64,000 bases of DNA, from IMG/VR virus record IMGVR_UViG_3300031994_000025, positions 76,422 through 140,421 of that record; one strand, written 5' to 3'. Positions 18,803 through 29,534 of the stretch are shown piece by piece (within the stretch, counting starts at the first letter, position 1; each line of letters begins with the position of its first letter). A program made the translations under genes and the position numbers. The notes beneath the pieces were generated by a model, which saw only the letters and a list, made by a program, of their open reading frames with translations, ran no database searches and was not told where the DNA came from. This DNA is from a virus. Its lineage: Duplodnaviria > Caudoviricetes.

Positions 18803-19432
18803 TTACCATTCGTTGATGATTCCGTAGTAAGCCTCCTTTGCACCGTTGTAGATGATTGTCACCTCGTAGTGGTGGCCTGCCCTTACCGTCGGGATGCCTG
18901 CCCAGATGATGCTCTCTGGCAGTACGAGCTGAGTGGCCTGCTGCTCAGGGGAGTCGAAGCTGAACCTGTACTCGTTGGCAATGCCGTCCTGCGGTGCCGC
19001 AAGCGTGATGACAAGCCTCCCCGCATCGCTGAAGTCATAGCGGACGTTCGGCTGTAGCGTGTGCTCCTGCCCCTCCGTCTGTACCACCTTCGAGTCTGCC
19101 AGGCCGAGGTTGGCGATGATCGCCGCACGCTCGTTCTCCGTCAGGTTCTTCGACAGGCTTTCAAGCGTCGGGTCGGGCGCGGGTTCCGGCGCGAGTTCCG
19201 GGTCAGGCCCCTGCTCAGGCTCGTTGAGCGCCATGTTCCACACTTCCTCGATGCTGGCCTCGGGATGCTCCGTGCGGAATGCCTTCTGTGCCGTTGTCAG
19301 CTTTACCCACTTCCCGTCGAGGTAGTCCTGCCACGTCGTGCCGACGGGATAGTTATCGCTGTTCAGCGCCTTGCCGAGCGTCACGAACCCGCCGGGGGCA
19401 CTCTTCTGTATATATACATGCTGTGTTGCCAT
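18803..19432 (-). CDS. Tail-associated hypothetical protein
   Basis: ORF in tail operon; ATG at 19432. Confidence 0.7.
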   Translation of the reverse strand: MATQHVYIQKSAPGGFVTLGKALNSDNYPVGTTWQDYLDGKWVKLTTAQKAFRTEHPEASIEEVWNMALNEPEQGPDPELAPEPAPDPTLESLSKNLTENERAAIIANLGLADSKVVQTEGQEHTLQPNVRYDFSDAGRLVITLAAPQDGIANEYRFSFDSPEQQATQLVLPESIIWAGIPTVRAGHHYEVTIIYNGAKEAYYGIINEW

Positions 19433-19454
19433 TGCTGTTTCTTCTTTTAAGTGA

Positions 19455-19808
19455 TTAGAGGGCACGGACATATATCTCCACCGTGCCGCCTGTGGTCTTG
19501 TTGAGGAAGTTCACCTCGCAGTAGCCGCCAGCGGGACAGGTAACCGTGCTGGCGCTGGCGGACGGCAACTTGTAGATGCCTGCCGACGGTAGTGTAACGA
19601 TACGGTCCGTGCTGCCTGTGTTCTTGATTATGAGCGTCTGCGTCTTGTCGTTGTCGTTGGCCGACGTGATGGTACAGGCTGCAGATGCGTCATAGTCCGT
19701 GGTTATGCTAATTACGCTGACTGCTCCCAGCGCTATGATCCAAGGCTTCATCGAGTTGTTCCATACGGCCTGGAGGTCGTCAAGCGCCATATAGTGGTCT
19801 TTTGTCAT
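19455..19808 (-). CDS. Fibre-associated hypothetical protein
   Basis: N-terminus paralogous to 19898-20827. Confidence 0.65.
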   Translation of the reverse strand: MTKDHYMALDDLQAVWNNSMKPWIIALGAVSVISITTDYDASAACTITSANDNDKTQTLIIKNTGSTDRIVTLPSAGIYKLPSASASTVTCPAGGYCEVNFLNKTTGGTVEIYVRAL

Positions 19809-19897
19809 ATCCTAATCCTGTTTTTATGAGTGAAAGGAAAACGGAAAAGGGAGAGGGAGGATAGTGTTAAACCGCTCCCTTTCCCATTTGCGAGAGT

Positions 19898-20827
19898 TTA
19901 GGCCACGAATGTGGCCAGTTCCTCGGCGGTCACGCGCTCGGGGATCTCAAACGTCACGTCGACGGCGTTGTTGCCGTCGGGCGTCAGAGCCGTGCCGTTC
20001 ACCTTGACGCTCTGGATGGCTGAGTCGGCCTTTGCACCCTGTGCGGCGGTGGCGAAGTCGGAAGCCTTCGAGCCTGAGTCCTTCAGGTTGCCGTTGGCAT
20101 CCAGGCCTGCGAAGTTGTCGGCGGTAGCACCGCTGACGATGTCGGCCTTGTCGGCGATGTCGGCTGCCTGCAGTGCGGTGTCTGCCTTGCCGAGGGAAGC
20201 CTGCACGTCGGAGGCGAGGTCGGTCTTGGCAATACCCGTAGCGGGCTTGTCATACTTGGCGTTCCAAGCAGCCTTGTCACTTGTGGTCACGTGGATGTCG
20301 GTGTCGGCAGCGTGCAGGTCGTAGGCATCCTTCAGGGCCTTACCCTTGGAGCCCTCGTAGGCAGTGCCCTGTGTCTCGCCGAGAGCCAGGCCGGCTGCGA
20401 TAGGAACGTAGGTCGTTCCGCCCCAGCGGTAGGTCTGGTTGTTGGAGAGGTCGATGTAAATCTTACCGCCCTCAGCGGGAATCTCCGTGGTGTAGGCGTT
20501 CTCCTCGTAGAACTTGCCGTCAGTGGCGTTCAGGTAGCCTTCCAGAACGTCGTCAACAAAGGACGGCAGCTGGCTTGACGGCACCTTGCCGTTGGCATCG
20601 AGGGTAGCCACGCCGTTGTTGGTGCCCTTCTCAGAGGCCAGCACGTAGGAACCTGCTGACTGGAAGGTTGACTGGTCGAGCAGCGTGCCGTCCTGGAGGA
20701 CGAGCTTCGGTGTTGCGCCTTCGGCAACTGCGGTTACGGCGATGAATGCGCCCACAATCCAAGGCTTCATCGAGTTGGTCCATACTGTCTGGAGGTCAGC
20801 CAGGGCCATGTACTTTTCTTTTGTCAT
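19898..20827 (-). CDS. Head/tail fibre-like protein
   Basis: KGTNNGVATLDANGKVPSSQLP and HVTTSDKAAWN fibre repeats. Confidence 0.75.
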   Translation of the reverse strand: MTKEKYMALADLQTVWTNSMKPWIVGAFIAVTAVAEGATPKLVLQDGTLLDQSTFQSAGSYVLASEKGTNNGVATLDANGKVPSSQLPSFVDDVLEGYLNATDGKFYEENAYTTEIPAEGGKIYIDLSNNQTYRWGGTTYVPIAAGLALGETQGTAYEGSKGKALKDAYDLHAADTDIHVTTSDKAAWNAKYDKPATGIAKTDLASDVQASLGKADTALQAADIADKADIVSGATADNFAGLDANGNLKDSGSKASDFATAAQGAKADSAIQSVKVNGTALTPDGNNAVDVTFEIPERVTAEELATFVA

Positions 20828-20927
20828 AGTTGAAAAGATTTTAAAAATTGAACTTGTGATGGACTTGCACCATCGTTATCTAATTTATTGATTGAGTTCC
20901 GATTTGCAAGGTCAACATAAACCCTGC

Positions 20928-21215
20928 TCATATTCTGGCTATCAGGTTGAGCGCGTAGGAGCGCAGCCGGCCCCTGTCTTCGCCCTGCTTTTCGGCCTGG
21001 TCGATGAGCGTCTTCAGCACGGTGGTGGCTCCCATGATGTAGCCCATCGGACTGGCCTTCGGCGCGTCGGGTGCGGTCAGTGCGGCGTATAGCGTGCGGG
21101 CTATCTGCTCCGACTGCTGCGCCTCGCGGCTCACGGCGGGCTTGGTATGTGTGCGTTTGCGGCCTCGCGGTGCGGGGGCCTTGGCGGTGGGTTTCTTGAT
21201 CTTTGTCGTTGTCAT
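20928..21215 (-). CDS. Hypothetical basic protein
   Basis: ORF in operon. Confidence 0.6.
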   Translation of the reverse strand: MTTTKIKKPTAKAPAPRGRKRTHTKPAVSREAQQSEQIARTLYAALTAPDAPKASPMGYIMGATTVLKTLIDQAEKQGEDRGRLRSYALNLIARI

Positions 21216-21237
21216 AGTTTCATCCGTTTTGTTTGGT

Positions 21238-21444
21238 TTACACTTGGAATCCGGCGAGATCTTCCTGCGTCACGCGCTCGGCCATCTGTTCCTTCACCCC
21301 TGGCGAGAGGTCTTCCATCTCGACGCTTTCATCCTTTATCTCCTCCGAGCCGACGCTGTCGGCTGGCGCCACTCCGCTGCCGCCGCCCGTAAACTCATAC
21401 TCCTTGCCGCCAACCTCGACGACTAATTTTTTCATTTCTTCCAT
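21238..21444 (-). CDS. Small hypothetical protein, paralog of 44562-44849
   Basis: Shared SVGxxEIxDESVxMxDL...ERV motif. Confidence 0.7.
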   Translation of the reverse strand: MEEMKKLVVEVGGKEYEFTGGGSGVAPADSVGSEEIKDESVEMEDLSPGVKEQMAERVTQEDLAGFQV

Positions 21445-21480
21445 ATCTCTTATCTTTTTAATGATTTACTTGCTATATCC

Positions 21481-23841
21481 TTATTCATTTGCACTTATAA
21501 TCATCCATGCATAGTCTGACGCATCCTGTCCGTTCTGCGTCGTATTATAGGTCGATATGTACGGATTCTTCTGCGCCACCAGTTCTATTGACTTGTAAAG
21601 GGCATTGGGACTTCCCATAATCCCGAAGACCGTAAAGCTGTTTGCTGAAGAGGGTGTAAGGTCCGTGCATTTTACAGAGTCAGGAGACCCGACAAAGGTA
21701 AAATCGACAGTCCCCTTGCGGAATTTCACAGGAACAGCCGCCACAATCATATTGGCGGTATAGGACAGATCTGCCAAGTCTTTGTATTCCTCTGTATCTT
21801 CACGGTAGATAACCGCCAGGTTAATTTGACTCGGATTGAGTGAAGCCGCCGTGCCGTTCCCGCCACTAATCGTACCGTTAATAATCCTGATTCTCATGCC
21901 TTCGAAGAATCTGGCGGGAGGAAGAATAATGGTATATCCTACGCAAGTAATCCCGGAAAAGAGACTGTATGAACTGTCACGTTTGCTGCCGGATATAATT
22001 ATGGTATCTCCATGAAGGGTTATATTTGCCACCGGGCCGCTTGCGTCTATGTCCATTCCTGTGCCGTTGGCCTTCCAGAATGTAAAAGGACGAATGTAGT
22101 TGTTTACCTTATCGACTAACACCTTGTGATACATCAACGAACCTCTGATTGTGACATTATCCATCGTTACATTGCCATCGGCATCCACATGAACCTTCCC
22201 ACCTGCAATATTCACCTCACCGTTACCCTTTACCTGAAAATTGCCGAGCGCACCAATCATTGCACCCGTGAGTCCGTCAACAGCCTGAGTGGGGGTAAAC
22301 CCGTACTCCCTGGCCACAGCCACAGTCACCTGACTGCTTCCGTATGATGACGACGACGTAGTTGCATGCTCCAACCGAAGGTAGTAGTAGGCCGTCTCGT
22401 TACAGACGTAGGTGGCCCGTTTTGTCGCGTTCGTCGTCGACGTAAACGTCATCAGATCCTGCACCAGAACCCATGAGTCTCCGCTTCGTCGATAGAGCGC
22501 CAGCCGAGTGTCGGAATAGCCGTTGGCATACCCCGATGCCTCGACGTAAAGGTCGCGTCCTGCCGTAAGCCGCATCAGAGCATAATAAGCCGACTGGGCG
22601 GTGTTCCTTGCAAGAGTCTTGGTGATGGGGCCGGTCTGCTTGTCTACGCCTTGTCCGAGCGGATCGTCGGAATTGAATCCAGTATATGCGGCTACGCCGC
22701 CGTGCATGGCAGGATTGTCAGGATCGGTGGTGTTATAGCGGGTGAACGCGGGATTGCCGGAAGCGTCCATGCCCCTGATGACACCACTGGCCGACATCTG
22801 CCATTGGCCGCTCACGATGAAGGCACCCAGATTCGCGAAGTCGGCAAACAGGTATTTGGTGCGGATAAGGTTTTCGCGGTTTAGCCCTTGTTTCCATATC
22901 GTGTGTCCCGTGTCCTGCTGCGGACTGATGTGGTTATTGTTCGCATCAAGATTGGTGGCGGCATCAAGGTAATATATCTCAGCCGAGCCCGACCCGTCGT
23001 CCACCTCAACGGCTACCGTCTGCCGGTCGTCACTGCGGTAGATGATGGTTGGGTCGTATTCTCCTGCGATATAGCACATTTTACCTGTTGCTCCCGTAAT
23101 ACTGTCTCCGTCCTGTCCGTCATGCACAATCGTTACATATTCCGCCCTGACGGCTCTGCCGCCAACCATGATAGAAACGAATATACTCGCCGCGTTGTTA
23201 GCCGTAGATACGTCATTCAGGTCGTCGTCAAAATAGCCACCATCCGAGAATGCGCCTGTGCCGCTCGTTGTAAATTCTGCGGATATACCGCCGGAATAGC
23301 CCATAAGTACCTGAGCATTCTTCATTGCCGTCCACGTTTCGCCAACCACCTTGTAGGCATACCCTTTTAGCGAACCTGTCACATGTCCGTTCTTGTCACA
23401 CCTGGCCCATGCGTCGGTCAGAAGTATCTCATAGCTTTCCGGGCTGTCGCCGTCCGCCAAGACCGCGATCTCCTTCTTTGCAAGGAAGGTCGTAGGGGCA
23501 GCGGCATTGGCACCGACCACCGTATCGGTGGCATATATCACGACAGCGCCGACGGTCTTCGCAACGGTGATGCCGCTGAACGCCCTGCTTGAGACCTTAC
23601 CCGTGTATCTCGCCGCCTGACTCTGGCCTGTTCCCGTGCGGAAGTAAACCGAGAAATAGCATGCATAGGCTACCGGGGCACTGTTGCCTGACTTCATGTA
23701 ACAGGAGGCGGTGAAGGCAAGCGTGGCCGACGCACCGCCAGAGGCTATGCGCAACGTATCAACGTTCGAACGGACCTCGTAGGTCTGTCCGTCCCTGACT
23801 GCCGTCACTGTGAACGCCCTGCTTGGTGGTTTCCTGTTCAT
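21481..23841 (-). CDS. Tail protein
   Basis: 786-aa beta-rich ORF in tail operon. Confidence 0.7.
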   Translation of the reverse strand: MNRKPPSRAFTVTAVRDGQTYEVRSNVDTLRIASGGASATLAFTASCYMKSGNSAPVAYACYFSVYFRTGTGQSQAARYTGKVSSRAFSGITVAKTVGAVVIYATDTVVGANAAAPTTFLAKKEIAVLADGDSPESYEILLTDAWARCDKNGHVTGSLKGYAYKVVGETWTAMKNAQVLMGYSGGISAEFTTSGTGAFSDGGYFDDDLNDVSTANNAASIFVSIMVGGRAVRAEYVTIVHDGQDGDSITGATGKMCYIAGEYDPTIIYRSDDRQTVAVEVDDGSGSAEIYYLDAATNLDANNNHISPQQDTGHTIWKQGLNRENLIRTKYLFADFANLGAFIVSGQWQMSASGVIRGMDASGNPAFTRYNTTDPDNPAMHGGVAAYTGFNSDDPLGQGVDKQTGPITKTLARNTAQSAYYALMRLTAGRDLYVEASGYANGYSDTRLALYRRSGDSWVLVQDLMTFTSTTNATKRATYVCNETAYYYLRLEHATTSSSSYGSSQVTVAVAREYGFTPTQAVDGLTGAMIGALGNFQVKGNGEVNIAGGKVHVDADGNVTMDNVTIRGSLMYHKVLVDKVNNYIRPFTFWKANGTGMDIDASGPVANITLHGDTIIISGSKRDSSYSLFSGITCVGYTIILPPARFFEGMRIRIINGTISGGNGTAASLNPSQINLAVIYREDTEEYKDLADLSYTANMIVAAVPVKFRKGTVDFTFVGSPDSVKCTDLTPSSANSFTVFGIMGSPNALYKSIELVAQKNPYISTYNTTQNGQDASDYAWMIISANE

Positions 23842-25037
23842 GATGCCTGTTCCGTTATCTCTGATTCTGATGCTATGACGATGCCACTCATTTCCCCCCC
23901 GGCGCTTTCGTTGAGATAGCCATACGTGATGGTCACACTGCCGCCAGTCTTCGTTCCAGACACGCCAGGAACGGTTACCTGCGACGTGATGTCAAACAGA
24001 CCAGATGGCATGATGGTTTTCGTTCCCATCGGAGTCCCTGCGCCTCCTACCTTCAGCACATTGTTCTTGTTGTCATAGAGACGGCAGTAGAAATGCTGGT
24101 AGCGCTCATCTATGGTTGTTGCACTGGTATTCTTCCCCATCCACGCCGTGAACGTCACGCTCTGGCCGTCTCGAAGGAACGCACCGCCTTTGTTGTTCGC
24201 AGCGTTACCCGTGGCATTGTTGGCGATATACATACGCTCGTCGTCTGTCTCATCGTCTACTTCCCAGAATGCTGAGTAAACGGGGGTTGCTCCATTGTTA
24301 TTCGGATTTTCCGTGTAGAAGTCGCAGCGCAGGACGATGAAGTCTGTGATGTCGCTGACGCCGATGCTTAACTGTGCAACGCCGCCAGAACCCGCTGCTA
24401 TCGGGTTGCCGTTGTTCAGATACTCACCGCTTCCCTCGTCACACCACTTCGTCCAGAATGTCGTCTCTGGGGTCGTGCCGTTGTAGAGTTTTGCACTGAG
24501 GGTGATGTTGGGTGTTGCGGTAGTCACGGCCTGCTCACCCGTAATCTGGCCAATATATCCGCTGCCGGTCATGGCAGACATACGAACGGGCAGCGACACG
24601 GCGAAGTCAAGCGGATAGCCGTTGTCCTCGACGCTTCCAGAGCAGGCAATTACGTCATTGTCTGTGTTGCCTTCCGACCCGAGGTTGCGCATGATGTTAA
24701 TCGCTGGGAAGTCGATTGTCCCAACGCGCCGGGTGGTTTTTTGGAAGAGCGGATTGCCGAAGGCATCCACGAATGACCCTGTGCTCATATTTGTCTGCTC
24801 ATCGAACGTGATGGCGTTGCCGTTATACGACCAGACGATGCTTGCCGCGGTCGGTGCTTTTGCCGCGCCGGCAAGGTCGGTCTGTACCCACACCTGCGGA
24901 TGGTCGGTGTTCCAGTCTGGCACGCAAGTGTTGCCGCTGACCATCTGTGAGAGGGTTGTATTGCATCGCATGATGGCATTCAGGGCGGTCCCGTCGTGGA
25001 TGGCAGTTACCATGAACCTATTACTAACTTTTCCCAT
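23838..25037 (-). CDS. Tail/baseplate protein
   Basis: Beta-rich ORF coupled to the next gene. Confidence 0.65.
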   Translation of the reverse strand: MGKVSNRFMVTAIHDGTALNAIMRCNTTLSQMVSGNTCVPDWNTDHPQVWVQTDLAGAAKAPTAASIVWSYNGNAITFDEQTNMSTGSFVDAFGNPLFQKTTRRVGTIDFPAINIMRNLGSEGNTDNDVIACSGSVEDNGYPLDFAVSLPVRMSAMTGSGYIGQITGEQAVTTATPNITLSAKLYNGTTPETTFWTKWCDEGSGEYLNNGNPIAAGSGGVAQLSIGVSDITDFIVLRCDFYTENPNNNGATPVYSAFWEVDDETDDERMYIANNATGNAANNKGGAFLRDGQSVTFTAWMGKNTSATTIDERYQHFYCRLYDNKNNVLKVGGAGTPMGTKTIMPSGLFDITSQVTVPGVSGTKTGGSVTITYGYLNESAGGEMSGIVIASESEITEQAS

Positions 25038-25040
25038 GAT

Positions 25041-25439
25041 TTATTTCTCCTCTTCGTTAACTTGTTCGACTTCTTCCTCTGCAGACACGTCATCTCCCGG
25101 CGTATCGGATTCCCCCTCGACGGGGCTTTCCACCTCGTTATCGACGGTATTTGCGTTCACGTCCCCGTCGGCTGGTTCTTCGCCTGACGTTTCCTTTGGC
25201 GTATTCTCAGCGGGTACTCCAATCTGGTAGCCGTTTTCGGCTATCAGGCGCTCAGCCTCCGCCTCGCTGATTATCTCCACGTCAAGGCCGTTGACGTATT
25301 CCTCCGGCATGATGCTTAGTGCCCGCAAGGCTTTCTCAGACACGATGTATCGACCATCCTTCGTCCTGTAGTTGGTCGTAATGACACCCGCGCGCCTCGC
25401 TATCTCTGCGGATGCCAAGAATGTAGACTCCTTTCTCAT
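25041..25439 (-). CDS. Hypothetical protein with acidic tail
   Basis: ORF in operon. Confidence 0.7.
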   Translation of the reverse strand: MRKESTFLASAEIARRAGVITTNYRTKDGRYIVSEKALRALSIMPEEYVNGLDVEIISEAEAERLIAENGYQIGVPAENTPKETSGEEPADGDVNANTVDNEVESPVEGESDTPGDDVSAEEEVEQVNEEEK

Positions 25440-25466
25440 AGTGCTATTCTGTTTATTTTAATTTGG

Positions 25467-26837
25467 TTATGTCCTGCAAACGATATATGAGTTCCCGTCG
25501 TCTGTCGTAATGAGAGTGTCGTCGTCTTCGCTCACCTGTATGAGTGTCAACGGGCCGAGAAGGCAGGTGTCGGCATAGACCTCGACGTGCTCGCCGCCCG
25601 TCCTGTTGAGTGCCGCATGGTCAACGGCCATCGTCCTGCCATACCCCAGGTCGGTCACGGTGCTGCTGTTCATCGGGTGGAGATGCCAGTCCAGCCGTAT
25701 GTGCTCATCGACAAAGGCATCGTCCAAGTCCACGCCGTCGGCCTGAACTATTGCCTCAAACACTTTGCTCCCGCTGCTCGACCTGACGGCATTGCCGCTG
25801 TGGCTGAATGGCTCGTTGTCAATATCCGGCCACTCCCACATCATCGTCCGCTCGTCCGTTGAAGGAAGGTTGGGTGCCGACGGCTTGGTATAGTACACCT
25901 TCGAGGCGTTTACCGTCGTGTCTGTGGTCAGAACGAAGTCGTTTCCATTCATTTCATAGTAGCCCTTCGTCTTTGGGTTGCCCGTCGGTGAGCCGACCTC
26001 GTTAAACGTGCCTATCTGCACCTGTACCTTGAATTTCTCAGCGTAGTCCATGTCGAGCACGATGGTGTCCGTGCCGAGTCCCTTTCCCGCCAGCTGGTTC
26101 TCCTGAGAGTATTGTAGGAAGTCAAGACCCTCGACGATAGGTTGCCCGTCGATATACCAGAAGTAATAGACACCGCTCGTCGCGTCATTACTGCCAAGCA
26201 TTGTCTTGGCAGACAGGCGGAACTTGCTGCCGTTCTGGAACAAGCCGTTCGCCAGGTTGCCTGTCTTGATGTAGACCGGGTCGTATGTAATCACGGCTGG
26301 GGCCTGTAAGGACACGACATAGTTCTCCTCTGGCATGTTGGTCGATGTAAGCGTCACGATGCTCTCCTTCGTATAGATCTCCTGCCTGAGATTGTCCGTG
26401 TACGTGGCGACACAGCGCAGGGTGACGGGTGTGCGGTAGTCGACGTTCTTCCTCACGACGAGCCGTCCCGTCAGCCTGGTCGTGGACTCCCCGGATTCCT
26501 CGTCATATACCGTCTCTTGTTCGAGGTAGTAGTCCTGGGACGTCACCGTAGACGTTATCTGCGTCTGCGTATCTCCGTTGACTATGTACCACTTGATGTC
26601 ATACCCCGACGTGATAGTCTCACCCGTCCCCGTGTCCTTGGCGACGAACAGCGGCGTGAGTATCAGCGGATGCAGCCTGCGGTCTGGAATCCAGACCTGC
26701 GGGTTCTGCTGCGTGTCCTGTGCCTGTGTCAGTGGACCGCCGTTCTCGCCAGACTGCGCGATGGTCAGCGACGTGCTGAGCGGCGTCCTTATCGTCGTCA
26801 CCACTACTGGCACTGATGTGTTGATGATTCTCTTCAT
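25467..26837 (-). CDS. Tail/baseplate protein
   Basis: WIPDRRLHPLILTP; Ig-like segments. Confidence 0.65.
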   Translation of the reverse strand: MKRIINTSVPVVVTTIRTPLSTSLTIAQSGENGGPLTQAQDTQQNPQVWIPDRRLHPLILTPLFVAKDTGTGETITSGYDIKWYIVNGDTQTQITSTVTSQDYYLEQETVYDEESGESTTRLTGRLVVRKNVDYRTPVTLRCVATYTDNLRQEIYTKESIVTLTSTNMPEENYVVSLQAPAVITYDPVYIKTGNLANGLFQNGSKFRLSAKTMLGSNDATSGVYYFWYIDGQPIVEGLDFLQYSQENQLAGKGLGTDTIVLDMDYAEKFKVQVQIGTFNEVGSPTGNPKTKGYYEMNGNDFVLTTDTTVNASKVYYTKPSAPNLPSTDERTMMWEWPDIDNEPFSHSGNAVRSSSGSKVFEAIVQADGVDLDDAFVDEHIRLDWHLHPMNSSTVTDLGYGRTMAVDHAALNRTGGEHVEVYADTCLLGPLTLIQVSEDDDTLITTDDGNSYIVCRT

Positions 26838-26840
26838 GCC

Positions 26841-28187
26841 TTATATTATTGTTATGCTATTGATAATTTCCGCCTCTTCGCCGCCGTCAAGAAACCGAGC
26901 CGTACACTTGAACGAAACCTTTCCGCCGTCAATGCTCCAGTCGCCTGGCAGGTCATCGTCAGTTATATGGATGGCACGTGTGTCGCTTTTCAGTGGCGAC
27001 TGGTCATCGTCCCGTTCGGTGTGCATGGAGTTGCCCCAAGCCTCGTCAAGCGCGGCGTTCCCGCTCTCGCGCACCCACTTCCACGCCGTCACCATGTCGC
27101 TAATGTCCTCCTGCCCGAAAAGCAGATGTGGCACAACGGTCTCGTCGATGAAGCCAGGCCGGACGTTTAACCCGCTGATAGGCGTAGGATCGTCGCCAGA
27201 GGTATAGAATCCAAGGGAGAATGTGCCGCCGCTGATGAGCTTCCAGTCTGTGCGTCCCAGCATCGGCTCCTGCATCGTGCCGTCGACGAGACATTCCCAC
27301 AGGGCACCGTGGTTCCACGCGCGGCTTATCTCCAGAATGTTCTCTTGATCCCAGCCTTTTGTTACGCCGGTCAGCTTCTTATAGAGGTCTGCGTCGGAGT
27401 AGGAATCATTGACTTGCAGGAAGCGTTGTGTAATCCAACGGAGCCTTGTCAAGAATCTGTAGTGGTAGGGTTCGTCGATAGCCTGTCCTTTAGTAAAGCT
27501 GATTGGTTCGTCCCCCGTCCAGCCGAGTTTGGATGCGACGGCGGTGGCGAGGGTTCCGTCAGGTGCCCTCTGGCCGGTGACACCCGTGTATTCGACGCGG
27601 GGCGTGGCGACCCACTGCCCACGGTCCTCTATGGCGTAGCGTGGGTCCTTGTCCGGTAAGTCATCGGGGTTGATACGCCACTGCGCGTTATACTCGTCAG
27701 TGCCGAGAATGCCGGTGTCGAGTGTCAACTCCCGTCGTCCGGATTCCGGTAGGGAAACCTCGCCCATCCTGACGAACAGGTATTTATCCATCATTTCGAG
27801 GGTCTCTGCAGACGGGTCGTAGTTGATGGTGCTGAACCCGCTTGGTGTCATGTTGGTCAGGTACTTGTACTTCTCCGAGAAATCTTCGCCTTTCTTGTAT
27901 TTGGGCGCAAACACGATGTAGCCGCTGTCCGTGTCGTCTTTCTTTAACCGGGCAAAGACGGTATATCTGTTCTTACCTTCGGGGTCTGACAGCCGCCTGT
28001 TACGACCGGCCAGCACCCATTCCCGGAAGTTCCCGTCCTCATCCATGCCGATGCCCGCATTGGGGCAATACACCTTTATCTTCGTGCCGCGCGCCACGTT
28101 CACAGCCAGGTCGTTGGCGGAGCCGTTGGCGTTCGGCGTGATACTGATCGCCGATGGAGCTATGTAGTGGGTTGGTGATGTCCGCAT
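26841..28187 (-). CDS. Tail protein
   Basis: 448-aa ORF behind a late-type promoter motif. Confidence 0.65.
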   Translation of the reverse strand: MRTSPTHYIAPSAISITPNANGSANDLAVNVARGTKIKVYCPNAGIGMDEDGNFREWVLAGRNRRLSDPEGKNRYTVFARLKKDDTDSGYIVFAPKYKKGEDFSEKYKYLTNMTPSGFSTINYDPSAETLEMMDKYLFVRMGEVSLPESGRRELTLDTGILGTDEYNAQWRINPDDLPDKDPRYAIEDRGQWVATPRVEYTGVTGQRAPDGTLATAVASKLGWTGDEPISFTKGQAIDEPYHYRFLTRLRWITQRFLQVNDSYSDADLYKKLTGVTKGWDQENILEISRAWNHGALWECLVDGTMQEPMLGRTDWKLISGGTFSLGFYTSGDDPTPISGLNVRPGFIDETVVPHLLFGQEDISDMVTAWKWVRESGNAALDEAWGNSMHTERDDDQSPLKSDTRAIHITDDDLPGDWSIDGGKVSFKCTARFLDGGEEAEIINSITII

Positions 28188-28207
28188 GTCAGATTTATTT
28201 CTGACAT

Positions 28208-28241
28208 CAATTTAACAGAAAAAAGATTGCGGTCAAGGGCA
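28208..28241 (-). promoter_or_regulatory. Putative phage late promoter TGCCCTTG-N19-TAAATTG
   Basis: Recurrent motif upstream of structural genes. Confidence 0.65.
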
Positions 28242-28395
28242 CGGCCAATAGAAAAGAACCGCTATCCTCACGGACTCGGCCCCCATATCAATGACTAAAA
28301 ACCTAAAAAACTACGATATTAAACTTATTAACCGCGTATAAATGTGACTGTGTTGGTTTCCTGCCTATTCCCATGGCTGCTCCCCGTCGCAGCGA

Positions 28396-29505
28396 CTATC
28401 CCTCCAGCGCCAGCGTCACGGTGAAATCGACGTGTGGCATGTTCTGCTTCGAGCGGTCGTAGATAGAGATGCTATTCTTGGCGGGTGTCACGATGACGGG
28501 CACGTAGCGGCCACGGTACTTCATCCACCACTGCTTGCGCTTGCCTCCGAGAAATTCCATCGCCCACCACTCGGCCCACTCGCGGGTAACGAAACCGCTC
28601 GACATCGGCCACGAGCGACGACCGTCGGAACCGAGTGCCATCAGCGAGCGCGTCGGTATGAATGCCGGGCGTTCCACACGGGCGTACTGTTTCGTCTCTA
28701 CGTCGATGTTCATTGCCTCCGCCGTCAGACCGCTGCAGGTCTCGATGGCACCGCGCCGGTTCAGGAAGAGAAAATCGACATACTCCTGAGAGTCGCGCAG
28801 CACCAGCGGGGCGTGTGGCGATGCGCTGTCTGCCTCCGCTTCTGCGCCGGCTGCATAGAACACGCTCTGCGTGCCGGACACCTGCACGTCCACCCACGAC
28901 GTGATGGAGTCTATGCCAACGCGCTCCGGCGAGTCCGTCGGCTTGGTGCTGGCATCGCCGAAGCGATGGTTCCTGTGCTCCAAGTATGACACGTCGGCAT
29001 CCTCCTTCCTGCTGACCGTTGAGCGTTCCCATTCCGTCAGTCCACCGATGGCGCAGCGGCCGCCAGGGATGGTTGTATTTCCGTTTTCGTCCTCGCAGAT
29101 GGTCTGTGTAAACACACCGCCGTCATCGCTGGCCAGGTATTCCGTATATACACGGAGAAAATACGGCTTGTAACTCCTTACCCATAGTTCCGACGGGCTG
29201 TTGCCGTTGACCGCCGACTGCGCATCGCTAATCTCGTCTTGATAAGTCTCGTTGGTCCACATCGCCAGTAGCGCTGACGAGATGTCGAACGATATACTCG
29301 TCTGCCCGCCTGTGTCGGCCTTAAACTCGCCCACCACCTTGCTGTCGTAGACCACCTCCACGCGGACGATGGTAAACGGACTGGTAACAGGTTGTCCTTC
29401 CTTGCTCCACCGTAGTCCGCTGATGTCTATTACCACTGGACTGTCGGCAAAGTAGGTCTTACCGTTGCCGAACATGCCTGAGATTGCTACTTTATTGCTT
29501 GACAT
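28396..29505 (-). CDS. Minor tail / structural protein
   Basis: 369-aa ORF; DFLFLNRRGAIET motif. Confidence 0.65.
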   Translation of the reverse strand: MSSNKVAISGMFGNGKTYFADSPVVIDISGLRWSKEGQPVTSPFTIVRVEVVYDSKVVGEFKADTGGQTSISFDISSALLAMWTNETYQDEISDAQSAVNGNSPSELWVRSYKPYFLRVYTEYLASDDGGVFTQTICEDENGNTTIPGGRCAIGGLTEWERSTVSRKEDADVSYLEHRNHRFGDASTKPTDSPERVGIDSITSWVDVQVSGTQSVFYAAGAEAEADSASPHAPLVLRDSQEYVDFLFLNRRGAIETCSGLTAEAMNIDVETKQYARVERPAFIPTRSLMALGSDGRRSWPMSSGFVTREWAEWWAMEFLGGKRKQWWMKYRGRYVPVIVTPAKNSISIYDRSKQNMPHVDFTVTLALEG

Positions 29506-29534
29506 ATTTCTTAATTCTTAATTCTTAACTCCCG